A stretch of DNA of 64,000 nt, taken from assembly GCF_001194135.2 (NCBI RefSeq), contig NC_069002.1, positions 36,017,019 through 36,081,018 of the forward strand. The letters run 5' to 3'. This document shows, one piece after another, positions 13,447-26,847 of this stretch. The position numbers were made by a program, and so were the translations under genes. The DNA comes from Octopus bimaculoides. Taxonomy: Eukaryota. Each line of letters begins with the position of its first letter. Positions within the stretch are counted from its first letter, which is position 1. The notes below the pieces were generated by a model that had not been told where the DNA came from, did no database searches, and worked only from the letters and a program-made list of their open reading frames with translations.

Positions 13447-13488
<42 letters not shown>

Positions 13489-14004
13489 CAAACATACACA
13501 CACACACTCACGCACACACTCACACTCGGACACATATATGCATACATATATGCATCACATATATGTATCTTCAGGAGTTACCTCCTAGTTCGTTATCGTT
13601 CCATATTTTGACTTAAATAAACGTGAGGTAAAATTAAGACTTTCATTCATACACATAGTTTCCGGCGGCAAATCCACTGATTCTTGAATCTTTTGGAACA
13701 ATAGACGTTGAAGAAATCAAATGAGAAGCGTCAGAGATATTGTTGGATTTCTGAATTCTTCGTTTTCTTTCATCTTGTTCGCTCGCAATGTAAAGATAAA
13801 TTGTATGTTATTGTTTAGTTTCAAATACCTCTATTCGTTCATCTTCTATCCATGCGTGTAGTAAATATAAATGGATTAAAATATAAAACATGTTTAAGGA
13901 TATAAAAGTATTAGGGTGTTCATGTAAGGTGTTCAAATCAGCATAAATCATATCGTTAATATGCAAACTTTAGGTTAGTTTAAATATGTTTTGGACATAC
14001 TTCA

Positions 14005-14240
14005 AGGGTAACAGACAAGGCCGTCTTCGGCGGTATTTGAACTCAGAACGGAAAAATCGCCGCCCAGCATTTTGCCTGGCGTGCTAACGGTTCTGCCAGC
14101 CCCCAGTTTTTAAAAGCCAGTAATTTCGGGGGAGTGAGAATCAGTCGATTACATAGACAACAGTGCTTGATTGGTATTTATTTCATCGATCTCGAAAGGA
14201 TGAAAGGCAAAGTCGATCACGGTAGAATTTGAACTCAGAA
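14005..14240 (-). mobile_element. Two partial family-A SINEs
   Basis: They show reverse-complement matches to the head (TTTGAACTCAGAAC...CTAACGGTTCTGCCAGC) and body (GGATGAAAGGCAAAGTCGA). Confidence 0.75.
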
Positions 14241-15000
14241 CTCATCTCTATGAGAAGAATCCTATGGTGAAGACCTCGTCAAAGAAAATTACCTACAAAG
14301 AAAAACTGTAGTGTGGCTTTAAATAACGGGAAAAAGGTGATCATTTAAAATTTTTTTTTTTTTTCTTTTTTTAAAGATATTTAGCGTTATAAAAGAAAGT
14401 TCATTGTTCGATTAGGTTAATTGCATAGAACCTTTACCCAGAGTGTATGAAAGGTACGGAGTTCGATACGCTGGCGTTTCACTGCTCACTTTTATTCTCC
14501 CTTTTCTTAATGTATTTACCCAATCTTCGCAGCTGTTTATCACAGCTATTCTGCGCTTGTGATCTAATTCAGATGAAAGAGATCCTTGAGAAGAATATAA
14601 TGGTGAAATATTTGTCAAGAAATATTAATTACAACAAATGTTGCGAGGCTTTTAATGATTGAGAAAAAGGTGATAATTTTAAGAATTCAAAATAATTTTG
14701 TCTTTTTAAGAGAAAAATATTATTTTATTAATATAATAGAACAAAAAATTCACTCATTACAAAAACTAATCAGTAATCATTTAATTAAAAGATAATATTT
14801 TTCAGTAAAACTTGTTTTAAAATATATTTATTTGTAACAAATATGCCGCTACTAACCCTTAGTTGTTCTTAGGTGAAAACAAAATTTCTAAATTTAAGCA
14901 AATTCCACATTTAAAAAATAGTTACAATGGTATAATTTTCTCAATTATAAAAGTAAATATAACCAATTATAATAACAGAATCGTTGGTAAAAAGTGGACC

Positions 15001-15817
15001 AGAATGAAGAATGCGGTCGCAGAATCCTAGAATACTTTAAGTCTTGAACCTGGAAAAGTACAGAACAAGCAGTTATTAAACCAGGAAAAGTACAGGAGAA
15101 AACAAATCTCAAAATATTGCTGCTAAATTTATTTCTGAAATTGTTCATCAAATAGTGTATGCAGTGTTTTGTTCTTTTTAATATTTTTTGCTTTTATTTT
15201 CACAAATTTCTTAAAGAAAACTCATTATCCAAAAAAGAATTAAATCACAGATCTTGTGTTTTGTGTAATTCAACAATGTAAAAAATAGTAAAACAAAATG
15301 TTTTATTAAAGAAACAAATGAATTAATTTTTTTAAAGTTTGCCTTAGATGAAAAAAACGTATGTTTTATCTACAACTGCAATAATATTTTTTTTAATTAA
15401 AGCTGATGAATAAATTGAGTGCAAAATGTAGAAATGACTGCTTAGCTTGCTTTACAACACTTAATGATTATAATTGCCAATAAAATTGCTATCATGTGAT
15501 TATTTTAAAAAATATATAAATTTGCAATATCAAATTTTGAATAGGTAAACTTGAAGGTAAATTAGTCTTTCTCCTAAAATTGAAAATAAGTAGCTTCATG
15601 AGTATTCTAATTCTTAAGTAACTTTTGAATAAAAATAAAAAAATATAAAAGGTCATATATTGCTATTTTAGTTTTTAAATTTTAACTTCATCAGCAATAT
15701 TTTAGCTTCTTTTCTTATTGTCCTGTACTTTTCCAGGTTTAATTACCGTTGTTCTGTTCTTTTCCAGGTTCGATAGTTAAGAATATTCTAGGATTCTGCA
15801 CCCGCATTTTCCATTCT
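15001..15817. mobile_element. Old non-autonomous DNA element with about 130-bp imperfect inverted repeats
   Basis: 15001-15130 is the approximate reverse complement of 15684-15817. Each arm holds two AACCTGGAAAAGTACAG-like subrepeats. Confidence 0.7.
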
Positions 15818-17289
15818 AGTAATGAACATGTTTATGCAGTCTCATTTATGATGAGGAATTAAAAAATAAAAATAAAAAAACAATGAAAAATGAAGGTATG
15901 AAATTTCATTAAATAATTCTGTTTATGCACGTAGATAAAATTACTGAAAACAAAATGGCGCCATACCTGCTGTTTAGTTCAAATTTACAATCAACAATGC
16001 ACTCCTAATATCAAAATAAACAAGAAAAGACGAAAAGTAACGAATCAAACATGGTTGTTGAAGCAAATAGCTATTTTCATATATATACATACATATATTT
16101 GTATGTATGTATGTATGTATGTATGTATGTATTTATGCATGTATGTGTGTATGCATGTATGTATACGCGTATATAAATGCATATATACCTACATGCATGT
16201 ATGCAAACACGTACACATACAACATAAACACTCACACATACACACATAACATAAATGAGATTTAAGCCTATTTCGAAAGGACAATAAATACCATATTGTC
16301 AACGGCAATAACAACAACTAGGGAAACGCCAACAACAAATATATAATTTAGCAGTAAATTGAACACCCCACCAAGCACACACTGACATACGTGTGTACCA
16401 ATGTGCTCCCACACACACATTTATATATGCACATATGCAAACATATACATATATGTATGGCTATTTTATTATTGTATGTTTAAATATATTATTTTTCATT
16501 ATCAAATGGCCAATTAGTTGTGCTGTTGAATGACATAGGGAGCGAATATTTCTTTATGAGAAAACCAATAAGCAATAAAACACATAACGCCGTTAATGGC
16601 TTCTCTAAAAGTGAAATGAAACGACACATTTATTTAAATCAAAATATAAGAAATCTTTAACTGAAAAATAAATACACAGAAAAAGAAAAACTTACAGGAT
16701 AAATATATATATGTAAATTCATACTTATATATATATTTATGCATATATGCATGTAAATATACATGTACACATATACATGTACATATATCTATACATATGT
16801 GTATATACCAGTATATGTATATATACATAAACATATATATATGTATATATACATATATATGTGTATATTTACATATATATATGTGTGTGTGTAAGTATAT
16901 ATGTAAATGCATTTAATGGATGTTATTCATGCAGTCGAAGTTACGGCATCTAAGTTTATTCATTATTTTACGCAAATAAATTGACACACATCCAATGATA
17001 TATATTTATACATACATGTTCATACATATATAAATACATGTATATATATATTTATAATCGTCGAAACGTTGTTTTTCCGAATATGGCGGTGAACTATCTC
17101 TTTCCATTTCTATCACTTTCTATTTGTCTGTTTGCCCATCTATCACAGTTTATGCAATTTTTCGTATTCATACGTATATATATATGTATGCGTGTCTGTA
17201 TGTTTATATGTAGATATATATATGCATGTACATGTATATGTATATACATATACATACATAGTTGACACTCACATACATGTATATATAAG

Positions 17290-17360
<71 letters not shown>

Positions 17361-19059
17361 ATGTATATTTCTTTGAATATCCTAACGAAATGTTTGTTAA
17401 AAAATAGGATCATGTGCAAATATTAAAAAAAACTGAAAACTGAGAAAGTGATAGAAAGGGTGACACAGAATGTTAAGTTTGTGGAGAGCAAAGCAAAATG
17501 TATGTTTATATGGGAACAAGGAACAATAGACGAATTTTATTATCATATTATTTTCTTTAACACAAAATAATATTTGAAATAAATTAGAATATACGAAACA
17601 ATACATGTAATGTTAGAGAAATGTGAAAAATCTATTTTCGTTTATATACACGTACACACATAAGCTCACACACAGACATATATATACGAATACACGCATG
17701 CGCATACACACAAACACACACACATACATGTATGTATTAAAAGAGGTAGATATAGATATGTATATCTATATATTTATATATATATAAATGAGAATGTATG
17801 TCTATGTGTCTGTGTGAATCCCTAAAACTCCAGAACTACACAACCAATTTCATTCCAATTTTATACATGCATTACCTAGGTTCCCGGTTATGTTTTAGTC
17901 AAAAAACATTTTAAATTCTTCCATAGTTCGAGCCCACAGCAACATAATATCTCCTCCACTATTTAAGTATTACGTGTCAAAAGTGAAACAAAAACACTCA
18001 TGCCAAATACTTTCACTTTAAAAATGAAACTTTTCCACTATTTCAGTATCAAAACGGAAACAATTACATTTCGATACTGTAATTTTTGGGGGATTAATTT
18101 ACACTACATACGAAAATACAGACATATTATCACGATACGTTATTAAACACTCACAGATCTACGCATACATACCTGACGACTGACATGATTGACAAGTGTC
18201 AATACGAAATTTTATTTTCATTTCCTTTAAAACTACACATTTACTGTTCCATTACGGATTAATAATTATCGCAGCAGCTGCAAGGGTTTGTTGTTCGTTT
18301 CACTGTGGCAGCTTGCTACCCATATTTTTTACTCCGTTTTCTGAGGGTATTTTGCCATTTCTTCATTGAACCATTTGTATTGAAAAATCTAAAGATGTAT
18401 GTATATATATGTATACATCTAAATTTGCATCTCAGGGCACGCGTGTCGTCCTACCAACATGTTTTCTCTCGTTGAATATTTTGCTTAGTCTGACTTCAAC
18501 TGAAAGAAATTTAATGTTATTTTAGTTCTTGCATGAATTAAATTAAAGAACCAAATTATCATGTTCTCGTAGGCACGTTCCCAGAAATATATCTTCAAAT
18601 TTATTTCTCGATGGCTTTTTTTCTTCTTCAACTATTAAAAAATATCTCCTTTCATTCCATTTATTCGATCGCATTACTTATCGTCTTCTTATTTGGTCTG
18701 TTGCTTCCATTGAAGAATTTGAATTTGAACTTTTCGCTTCTACTGGTAGCCATTCCTGCACAATCGCATTTTGCATTTCGGCTCTATCCTTTTTTCAAAT
18801 CGTAATTTCCTCCACACTTGCTAACTTTCTTTCAATCACTTTTTCTTGCTATTTTCCCTTCTCCGTGAATTTTCTTTTCCCTTTCATGCATTTCGGTTTC
18901 CTTCATTTCCGTTTATTCCTGAATGCTTTATCATTCTTTATCTTCGAATAAACCGATTCTTATTCATTCTTCCTCTGTTCGTTCTCTTCTTCCCACTTTT
19001 CTCAAAACAATAATTCTCATGCCTTCTTCCCTTTCCATTCCCTTCAATAATCAGACATT

Positions 19060-19235
19060 CTTCTTCTTCTTCTTCTTCCCCTCCTCCTCCTACTACTATC
19101 TCATCACCACCATCCCTACTACTACTACTACTACTACTACCTCACCACCACAATCATTAGTACTACTACTACTACTACTACTACCTCACCATCACCATCA
19201 CTACTACTCCTACTACTACCACCACCATCACCCCC
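19060..19235 (+). repeat. Compound (TTC)/(CTC)/(TAC)/(CAC) microsatellite
   Basis: The runs are read directly from the sequence. Confidence 0.95.
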
Positions 19236-19646
19236 ACCTTCAACAAAGAAACGTCACCCGGTTATATACAACAAATGCTCTTCAATGTGCTCGCCTAAGA
19301 TGCGACATTTCTCCCTATATCAACAACGATACACCATCACCGGCTGTACATTACAGTTTCCCACGAAACAGAAATCTCTCTCTAAATTATCAGCATTTTA
19401 TCCTGCGTTATGAATAACTTTTATGCTGGCCGTTACATCGCTGACATAAGTCATGACATTGCAATAATATGCGTACTGTTTTACTGCTCTTCTCAGGCCA
19501 AACTACTATCCTCTACTGCAACAAAACTCTCCGTTCTCACACCTGTTTATCTGTGTCCGGCACCCGTGCACAACATGTATCCTCTCAGTTAAGGAAAAAT
19601 TCGGAACCTGGTCACTGACCGATTTAAATGAACAATTTTCCTTCTT

Positions 19647-19900
19647 ACAGTTCTATATTTAAGAGATGAGGAATTATGTACATTATTTACATTCGACGGA
19701 TATTTGTCCTCATCTTGTTTGTTGTTAACACAACGTTTCGGCTGATATACTCTCCAGCCTTCTTCAGGTGTCTTGGGGAAATTTCGAACCTGGTCTCTCA
19801 TTCCTAAGGTATTTTTCGATGTTGTTGTTGTTATTATTATTATTATTAATGTTCAGGTCACTGCTTGGAATCGAACTCGGAATTTTGGGGTTACCACTTA
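19647..19900 (-). mobile_element. SINE-like repeat: tRNA-like head, (AAT/AAC)n spacer, hammerhead-bearing tail
   Basis: A B-box GAGTTCGATTCC lies at 19867-19878 (minus), followed by an AAT/AAC run and then a body with the hammerhead motif. The body is near-identical to 48108-48238. Confidence 0.7.
19727..19772 (-). ncRNA. Minimal type I hammerhead ribozyme motif, copy 1
   Basis: The minus strand reads GACAC-CTGAAGA-A-GGCTG-gagagtatat-CAGCC-GAAA-CGTT-GTGTT. This gives both core boxes (CUGANGA, GAAA), a perfect 5-bp stem II, stem I GACAC/GUGUU, and a palindromic ACGU in place of stem III. Confidence 0.75.
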
Positions 19901-22584
19901 CACCGGTGAAAATACACTGTTGATTGTCAACAATTATTGTGAATATGATAGTAATAATAATAGTAATAATAACAATAGTAGTAGTAGCAGTAGTAATAGT
20001 AATGTCATTACTACTCATAATAAAATTACTCTACCACAAACTAATAAAAGCCTCATTACAAAACACAATATATGTAGAATATGTAAAAGGCTTTAAAAAG
20101 AATGAAATCAATAGAACAGAAACGACCACACATAAAATAAATGAGCGCCGAGAATACAATGAAAATAGTACGGGGCGCAACACACGACAAACAAGCATAT
20201 CATAATAGGAAAACAAGAAACAGGCAGGACGAAGACAGAACTAGAAATTAAATTGAAAACGTAGATTATTGAAGGATCATTAACCCAAATACACAACCGT
20301 AACAAAAGTATGTCTTCGATATTTCACACTTAGCAACCAACAGAATAGAAATACACACCACAACATATCTAAGTCAATATTGAGGAGGAGGAGGATATAA
20401 CAAACAATGAAAAATAAAGAAAACTACGAGAAAGTATAACAAAGTCGATGAAGATGGATTATTGAAGATGGATTAACGTAAATTCCTGCCTGAGCTACAG
20501 ATAAAACAAGCAGTTTTGTGAAACGTTAACTAAATATAACAGGTCTCTGCAAGAAATCCCGTCCACGGTAACAAATTACCTGAATATCAACGGATTGTGT
20601 AAACTAATCTATTTATTAGCAATAAGAACATCGATGGAAATAGATATTGATTCTGATGGAGTCATCCTTCCCTATCAGACTTAAGAGAAAATAAACAAAT
20701 AAGTAAAATTAAAATAAAAAGGGGAAAAAATAACGTAAAATTTGAAAAATACATATATAAAATGAGTAAGTCTTGTCATAGTTTCGTGAAATGGGAAACG
20801 AAATCAAAAACAAAAAAATATCAAAAAAAGAGAAAAAACATTATATAAGAGAAAGAGTTCATTAAATTAAATCAGCAAAACTGTGCAGAATAAGAGACTT
20901 TGAAAATATACCAACCGGATAATACCTAACAAAGTTTCGAACTCCACCCCGTCCCAAAGTGGATGTAAATAGAATATATTTAAATTAATTGATAGTTTGG
21001 TGTTGCAGTGTGTTATGGTTAACTAATTGCCAATGAAATGAATCTTGCATGCTATCTGTAAATCAATTTCTTAAGTTAGTGGAAATACTTAAATAATATT
21101 CAAATATTTACAAAGCGTTCCCTTATCTATGTTTGTGCATGTTGTATTTAGTTTAACGCAACATCAGATTTTCTGTCCGATTATTTGCTTTTGTTTCGAC
21201 CGACATCAAATCTAATCTAACAGATCTGTGATCAAATTCGTTCCAGCTGTGATCACCCTCTCTTTATTAGGATATCTTGTATCGTATAATTTCATGTTTT
21301 CTTTTTCAAGTTGAAAGACAGTAAGTTGAGACGTTTGAGAGATTTGGCTGTCATTTCTAGGTTGTCAGATCTATCAAGCCCGAATCTACCTTTAGGAGAG
21401 AAGAGAAAGAAGAACCAACTTAGGCGACTCAATGCGAGGTGAGATGGTGTAGGGTTTGAAACTAAGAAAACTACTCCTCGGTATCATGGGTACCATGTGT
21501 TGGATGCTGAAACTCAGTAATTTCAATAAAATCTCTCCTAACTAAAAGCAGAACAAGGAAAGTTGATATGAAGCACCACAGCACTCGGTTCTTCAACTCA
21601 AAGACTTATACATGAACAATCTTGTAGCTACATATGTACAATTGTATATACACCCATATACACATACACACACATACACAGTTGCACGAAAGCACATACA
21701 CACACAGAAACAGCGATATACACATACACTAATAAACACATACAAACACAGGCTCTGTTGCTATTTAATAGTATTTTTACGTTTGTTCGACATCTTTACC
21801 TACCACCCTTCTCCAACCTCTCATCTTCTTAGCAACCTCTTATCTAACTGACCACTTCCTTAATCCATTATTACCATAACTCTTGTATTACAACGCATGG
21901 TTTCTTCCCCACCTAACTATTTTCTTGCTTTTTAAAATTCTTTTTCTTATCTGTTCTCTCTGTTCCCTTTCATAAGAAACGGTTTGCCTGTATCCGAAAC
22001 TTCCTTTAATAATTTTCAGTATCCTTACAGGTATTACACATACATTTCATTAATTTCTATAACTACTTCCTTCCAACATCAAATGTTCGTTCTCTCAATC
22101 CGGTTATGATTGCCATTTTGTGGGAATTGAAAGTGGGTTCCAACTAGTAATATGAAAGCTGCACAATACATCGAACATTCAAATAAGATTTAAATATCTC
22201 CATGAAATCTTTCCTTTCAGCCTTTTCCATATGACAAGAAATTTGCACTCAAATCTGAATGTTCAGTGACCTGCTATGATTTATCTTGCTCTGGGCCTCG
22301 AAAGGTCTCTGCAAATTACTTTAATTTTCACCAATTATCAGAAACCTTTCAAAGGTTTCAGGATATTGCCATTCTACGAGATTCACAATCCTTTCAGTTA
22401 TTTCTTGTAGAAGTCAAGTGATTCTGTATTTCTGTTTGAGCAATATATATATATATATACACACATACAGATAATACAATACTGTATATATATATATGAA
22501 AAGATAAGCAACTAGTTTTAAATCTCTGATCTAGAAATATGTAGTACCAATACCGTACAGTAAAGTATATTTGCCAACGCAACG

Positions 22585-22898
22585 TGGCTATCGACACATG
22601 ATCTGTGTCCGTATACTGAGAGCAAGGGAGTCTACCGCTCCATTTCTAGCCATAGTGACACTTGTGGACCAATGGTTTCTGGGTAATTTCCCTTTATCAG
22701 TACAGGACTACCGCCGGCTAGAAATAGCAGTCACTCGCACTTGCTCACAGTATGTACTTTTAAAGTGACACACAGTTGCTGATCTCGTAAAGAAAAAAAC
22801 AACTAGTTTTAAAGCCTACAGGTACAACGACGGTTAGAAAAGGAGCTGTAGACTCCCTTGCTCATAGTATACGGACACAGATCATGTGTCAATAGCCA
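22585..22898. mobile_element. MITE-like element with 67-bp TIRs
   Basis: Arms 22585-22651 and 22832-22898 have 6 mismatches in 67 bp. Confidence 0.8.
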
Positions 22899-23240
22899 GC
22901 TGAAAAAAATGTTTTTTTCTACGACTAAAAAGTAGTAACATCATTTTACGTAGGACTGCCACGTTGCATTGACAAATATACTTTACTATATATATATATT
23001 TATCTGTCACTAAATTCAGGTATTCACAGGTAAACTTAGGAAAGTGAAATTGAATAGTTATCAATTGCACTGAATACAACGGATGCCAACTCGAGAATAT
23101 CATTTAATTAGGTAATTATATTAAAATTTTAATTACAGAAATTTATCTCTCATCGAACCATTTTTAATGACGATAATGATCTGCATCTGATTAATTATTA
23201 AGAGAAGATTGCTTGCATCAACAGATGTAGATAAAGAGTC

Positions 23241-23245
<5 letters not shown>

Positions 23246-23306
<61 letters not shown>
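23246..23306 (+). repeat. (GATA)n microsatellite
   Basis: The run is read directly from the sequence. Confidence 0.97.
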
Positions 23307-24859
23307 GAGGGAGATAGAGAGGGAGAGAGAGAGAGATGGAAGGGGGAGGAAAGATGGGAGAGAGAGATATAGGTAGATAATTACAGAGAGATAAACAGAT
23401 ATATTAAAGGAGTTACCAATTGATTGGTGAGCATCGATAGAAATGGCATACGTTAATAACCCGTGGGCATAACGGTACCTTGATGGAACGTTTATAGATA
23501 GATAGAGATAGATAGATAGATAGATAGATAGAGAGAACTAGGAAAGCAGAAACAGAAGCGTTTGGAGAATATAAGAGTGTATGTGTTTAATCTAAAAAGA
23601 CCCACACACTCACATATGTACACACACTCACACACACACACGTATTTATGTTTAATACGATATGAATGATATATATGTGTGTGTGTTGTGTACATGTATG
23701 TATGTATATATCTATGCATATCGATATATGTATTATACATCTGTGCATACAAATATATATATATACAAACATACATACAAAGAGAGAAAGAAAGAGAGAG
23801 GGATTAAAAAAGTGATGTAGTAAAAGACAAAAAAAANNNNNNNNNNGATAGATAGATAGATAGATAGATAGAGAGAACTAGGAAAGCAGAAACAGAAGCG
23901 TTTGGAGAATATAAGAGTGTATGTGTTTAATCTAAAAAGACCCACACACTCACATATGTACACACACTCACACACACACACGTATTTATGTTTAATACGA
24001 TATGAATGATATATATGTGTGTGTGTTGTGTACATGTATGTATGTATATATCTATGCATATCGATATATGTANNNNNNNNNNNNNNNNNNNNNNNNNNNN
24101 NNNNNNNNNNNNNNNNNNNNNNNNNNNNNNNNNNNNNNNNNNNNNNNNNNNNNNNNNNNNNNNNNNNNNNNNNNNNNNNNNNNNNNNNNNNNNNNNNNNN
24201 NNNNNNNNNNNNNNNNNNNNNNNNNNNNNNNNNNNNNNNNNNNNNNNNNNNNATATATATACGCATATATAAACAAACTCAAACACACACACACACACAC
24301 ATATGTATACAGACTCCACTGCGATTCTTGACAATCTTTTGGGATATCGCTTTGTTTTTTCTTACCCTCACTTTTAGATCATAGATATATGTGTTTATGA
24401 GTCTGAGTATTCGGCTGTTTTGTGAATACACACTCCACCCTCCCCACATGAACACACAGATACCTGCAAAAATATTTTCGCTCTCTCGACCTCTCTGACT
24501 CTCTCTCTTACTCTCTACCCCTCTCTTTCTATCCCTCTTTCTCTCTCTTTCTCTCCCGTCTCTCTCTCTCTCTATCTATCACATGAATATTTGTATGTAT
24601 ATTTATATTTCCAAAAAGATACGTGTGTGTGTGTGTGCGTGTATGTGTGTAGACATATATACATATACATGCATACACACATATATACATACGTACATAC
24701 ATATATATGCACACTTGAATTAACTTCAGAAAGTAATAGTTGCAAACAGTACTTTAATAGTCTGGTAGTAATTGATATATGCGTGTGTGTGTGTGCGTGT
24801 GCGGGCGGGTGTGCATTTATGTATATATATATATGTATATATATAATGTATGCATATGC

Positions 24860-24912
<53 letters not shown>

Positions 24913-25517
24913 CATATGTANNNNNNNNNNGTTCCAATTTTTTTAAGTGTTTGGGGGGAAAAAAAGAATTATTGTCTGAATCGATAAACGTGTGTGTATG
25001 TATCAACACGTACGTATGAATTCTCATATAGGTATATGTGTTCTCTCGAAAATTTATAGTTTGTTCCAATTTTTTTAAGTGTTTGGGGGGAAAAAAAGAA
25101 TTATTGTCTGAATCGATAAACGTGTGTGTATGTAAATTCGAACGAGTCTCAATGTAATAGCTGAGAAAATGATACCGTTTTTATTGGCTGCAATTAACTG
25201 GAATTAAAAGTATTAAATATACTGATTTAAAAAAAAAAATATTTTTCCATGTAATTAAAACTAATAATACACATAGAAAAATAAAATCCTATTTATGTTC
25301 GAGGAATCATAATTATGTTGGGATTATTGCAAAGTTCGAATTGATGAATTTTAAAGATAATTGCTGGTACTCAGTCAGATCTCTACTAGTTCTATGGAAT
25401 TATGACAGTTAAGCACCAGGGATGGATTCACAATGTTGTCTGAACTTACTACAAATAAGTATACATGAATTCATATTCATTTATACATATATACATGCAT
25501 ACATACATATCTGTTAT

Positions 25518-25900
25518 CTTTTACTTGTTTCAACTATTAGACTGCGGCCATGCAGAGGCACCGCCTTGAAGGGTTTTAGTAGAACAAATTGACACCATGA
25601 CTTATTTTTTGAAACCTGGTACTCATTCTAATTCTATCGGTCTGTTTTGCCGAACCACTCGGTCATGGGAAATTAAACACGGCAATACCGGTTGTAGAGC
25701 AGTGGTGGGTCAAACACAGACATAGACATAGATAACCCCACATACACACACATACATATATAGGACTGGCTTCTCTCCGTCTCCTTCTAATAAATCCGCT
25801 CACAAGTCTTTGGTCGGCCGAACGTGCCGAACATGCCAAGCAGTGGTACTGAACCCGTAACCACGTGGCTGACAAGCATATTTCTAACCATACAGCCACG
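25518..25900 (-). mobile_element. Family-B tRNA-type SINE, full length, with internal (TG/TA)n
   Basis: The head (GTGGCTGTATGG...GGTTCAGTACC), central domain, internal microsatellite and tail ending GAAACAAGTAAAAG are all present. Confidence 0.8.
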
Positions 25901-26637
25901 CCAGCGCCTGGCTCTTTTACTCTTTCTTTTAGCCCCCTTCACACTTTCTTCGTTCTTTTCTTTTTCTCGCTGCTCCTCCTCACATTTCTTATATATATAT
26001 GATAGAAATATGTTGCAAAAACAAAATAGAAACTACACGTGGAAATGTAAGAGGAAAGTAAGCAGAAAAATAACCGAAAATGCACATTGGAAATAAAAAA
26101 GAAGGTAAGGCTTTTTAGGAAAAGTAACGATAGATATATACAATTAGATGAACTGAGGTAGGAATAAAGGTTATAAAAGTCATTATTGTGAGTTGTTAAA
26201 GAGATTTAAAAGCATATCGGTTTCGTAATATTACTAGTCATTGCTTATATATATATATATATATATATTTGGGCTTTTATATTTCAAAACTTGATGTTTG
26301 GGGGACAGACGTAATTATTCCTAGGACTGTAATGAGAAGAAATCCCGATGGAGTGGGGTGATCCAGCACCTGATATTAATGGTTAGGTTGTCCAGTTTGC
26401 AAAGGTGTATCTATGCTCATGACGGTACGAGCAAAATACCTCACTTCTACAGAGTAAGAGACACTTGCATGAAGGAAGCTCTTCAGTACTCCTTTTTTTC
26501 AGCTACGCAGACCCTGCACCTGATTTTAAAGTACGAGTTGCATGTTACTAAATATTCCATGATATAGTAACGTGCAGTGTTCTCCCTCAGGCTCCATTGC
26601 TCGTTAGACCTGCGACATTTTGACCCTCATGGATATT

Positions 26638-26847
26638 CGTTTCTACTCTATGCACAAGGCCCGAAATTTTGGGGGAGGGCTCAGTCATTTAGATCGACCC
26701 CAGTACGCAACTGGTACTTAATTTATCGACCCCGAAAGGATGAAAGGCAAGTCGACTTCGACGGAATATGAACCCAGAACGTAAAGACAGACGAAATACC
26801 GCTAAGCATTTCACCCGGCTTGTTAACGTTTCTGCCAGTTCGAACGC
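26638..26847 (-). mobile_element. Family-A tRNA-type SINE with 19-bp target site duplication
   Basis: The SINE body is flanked by identical TTTGACCCTCATGGATATT at 26619-26637 and 26848-26866. Confidence 0.9.

Noticed and set aside
23487-24072. About 225-bp direct duplication (23487-23712 versus 23847-24072)
   Set aside because: The copies appear identical and flank a 10-N gap, which is a typical scaffolding overlap artefact.
24931-25132. About 70-bp exact direct repeat (24931-25000 versus about 25063-25132)
   Set aside because: It starts exactly at a gap edge and is most likely a contig-end artefact.
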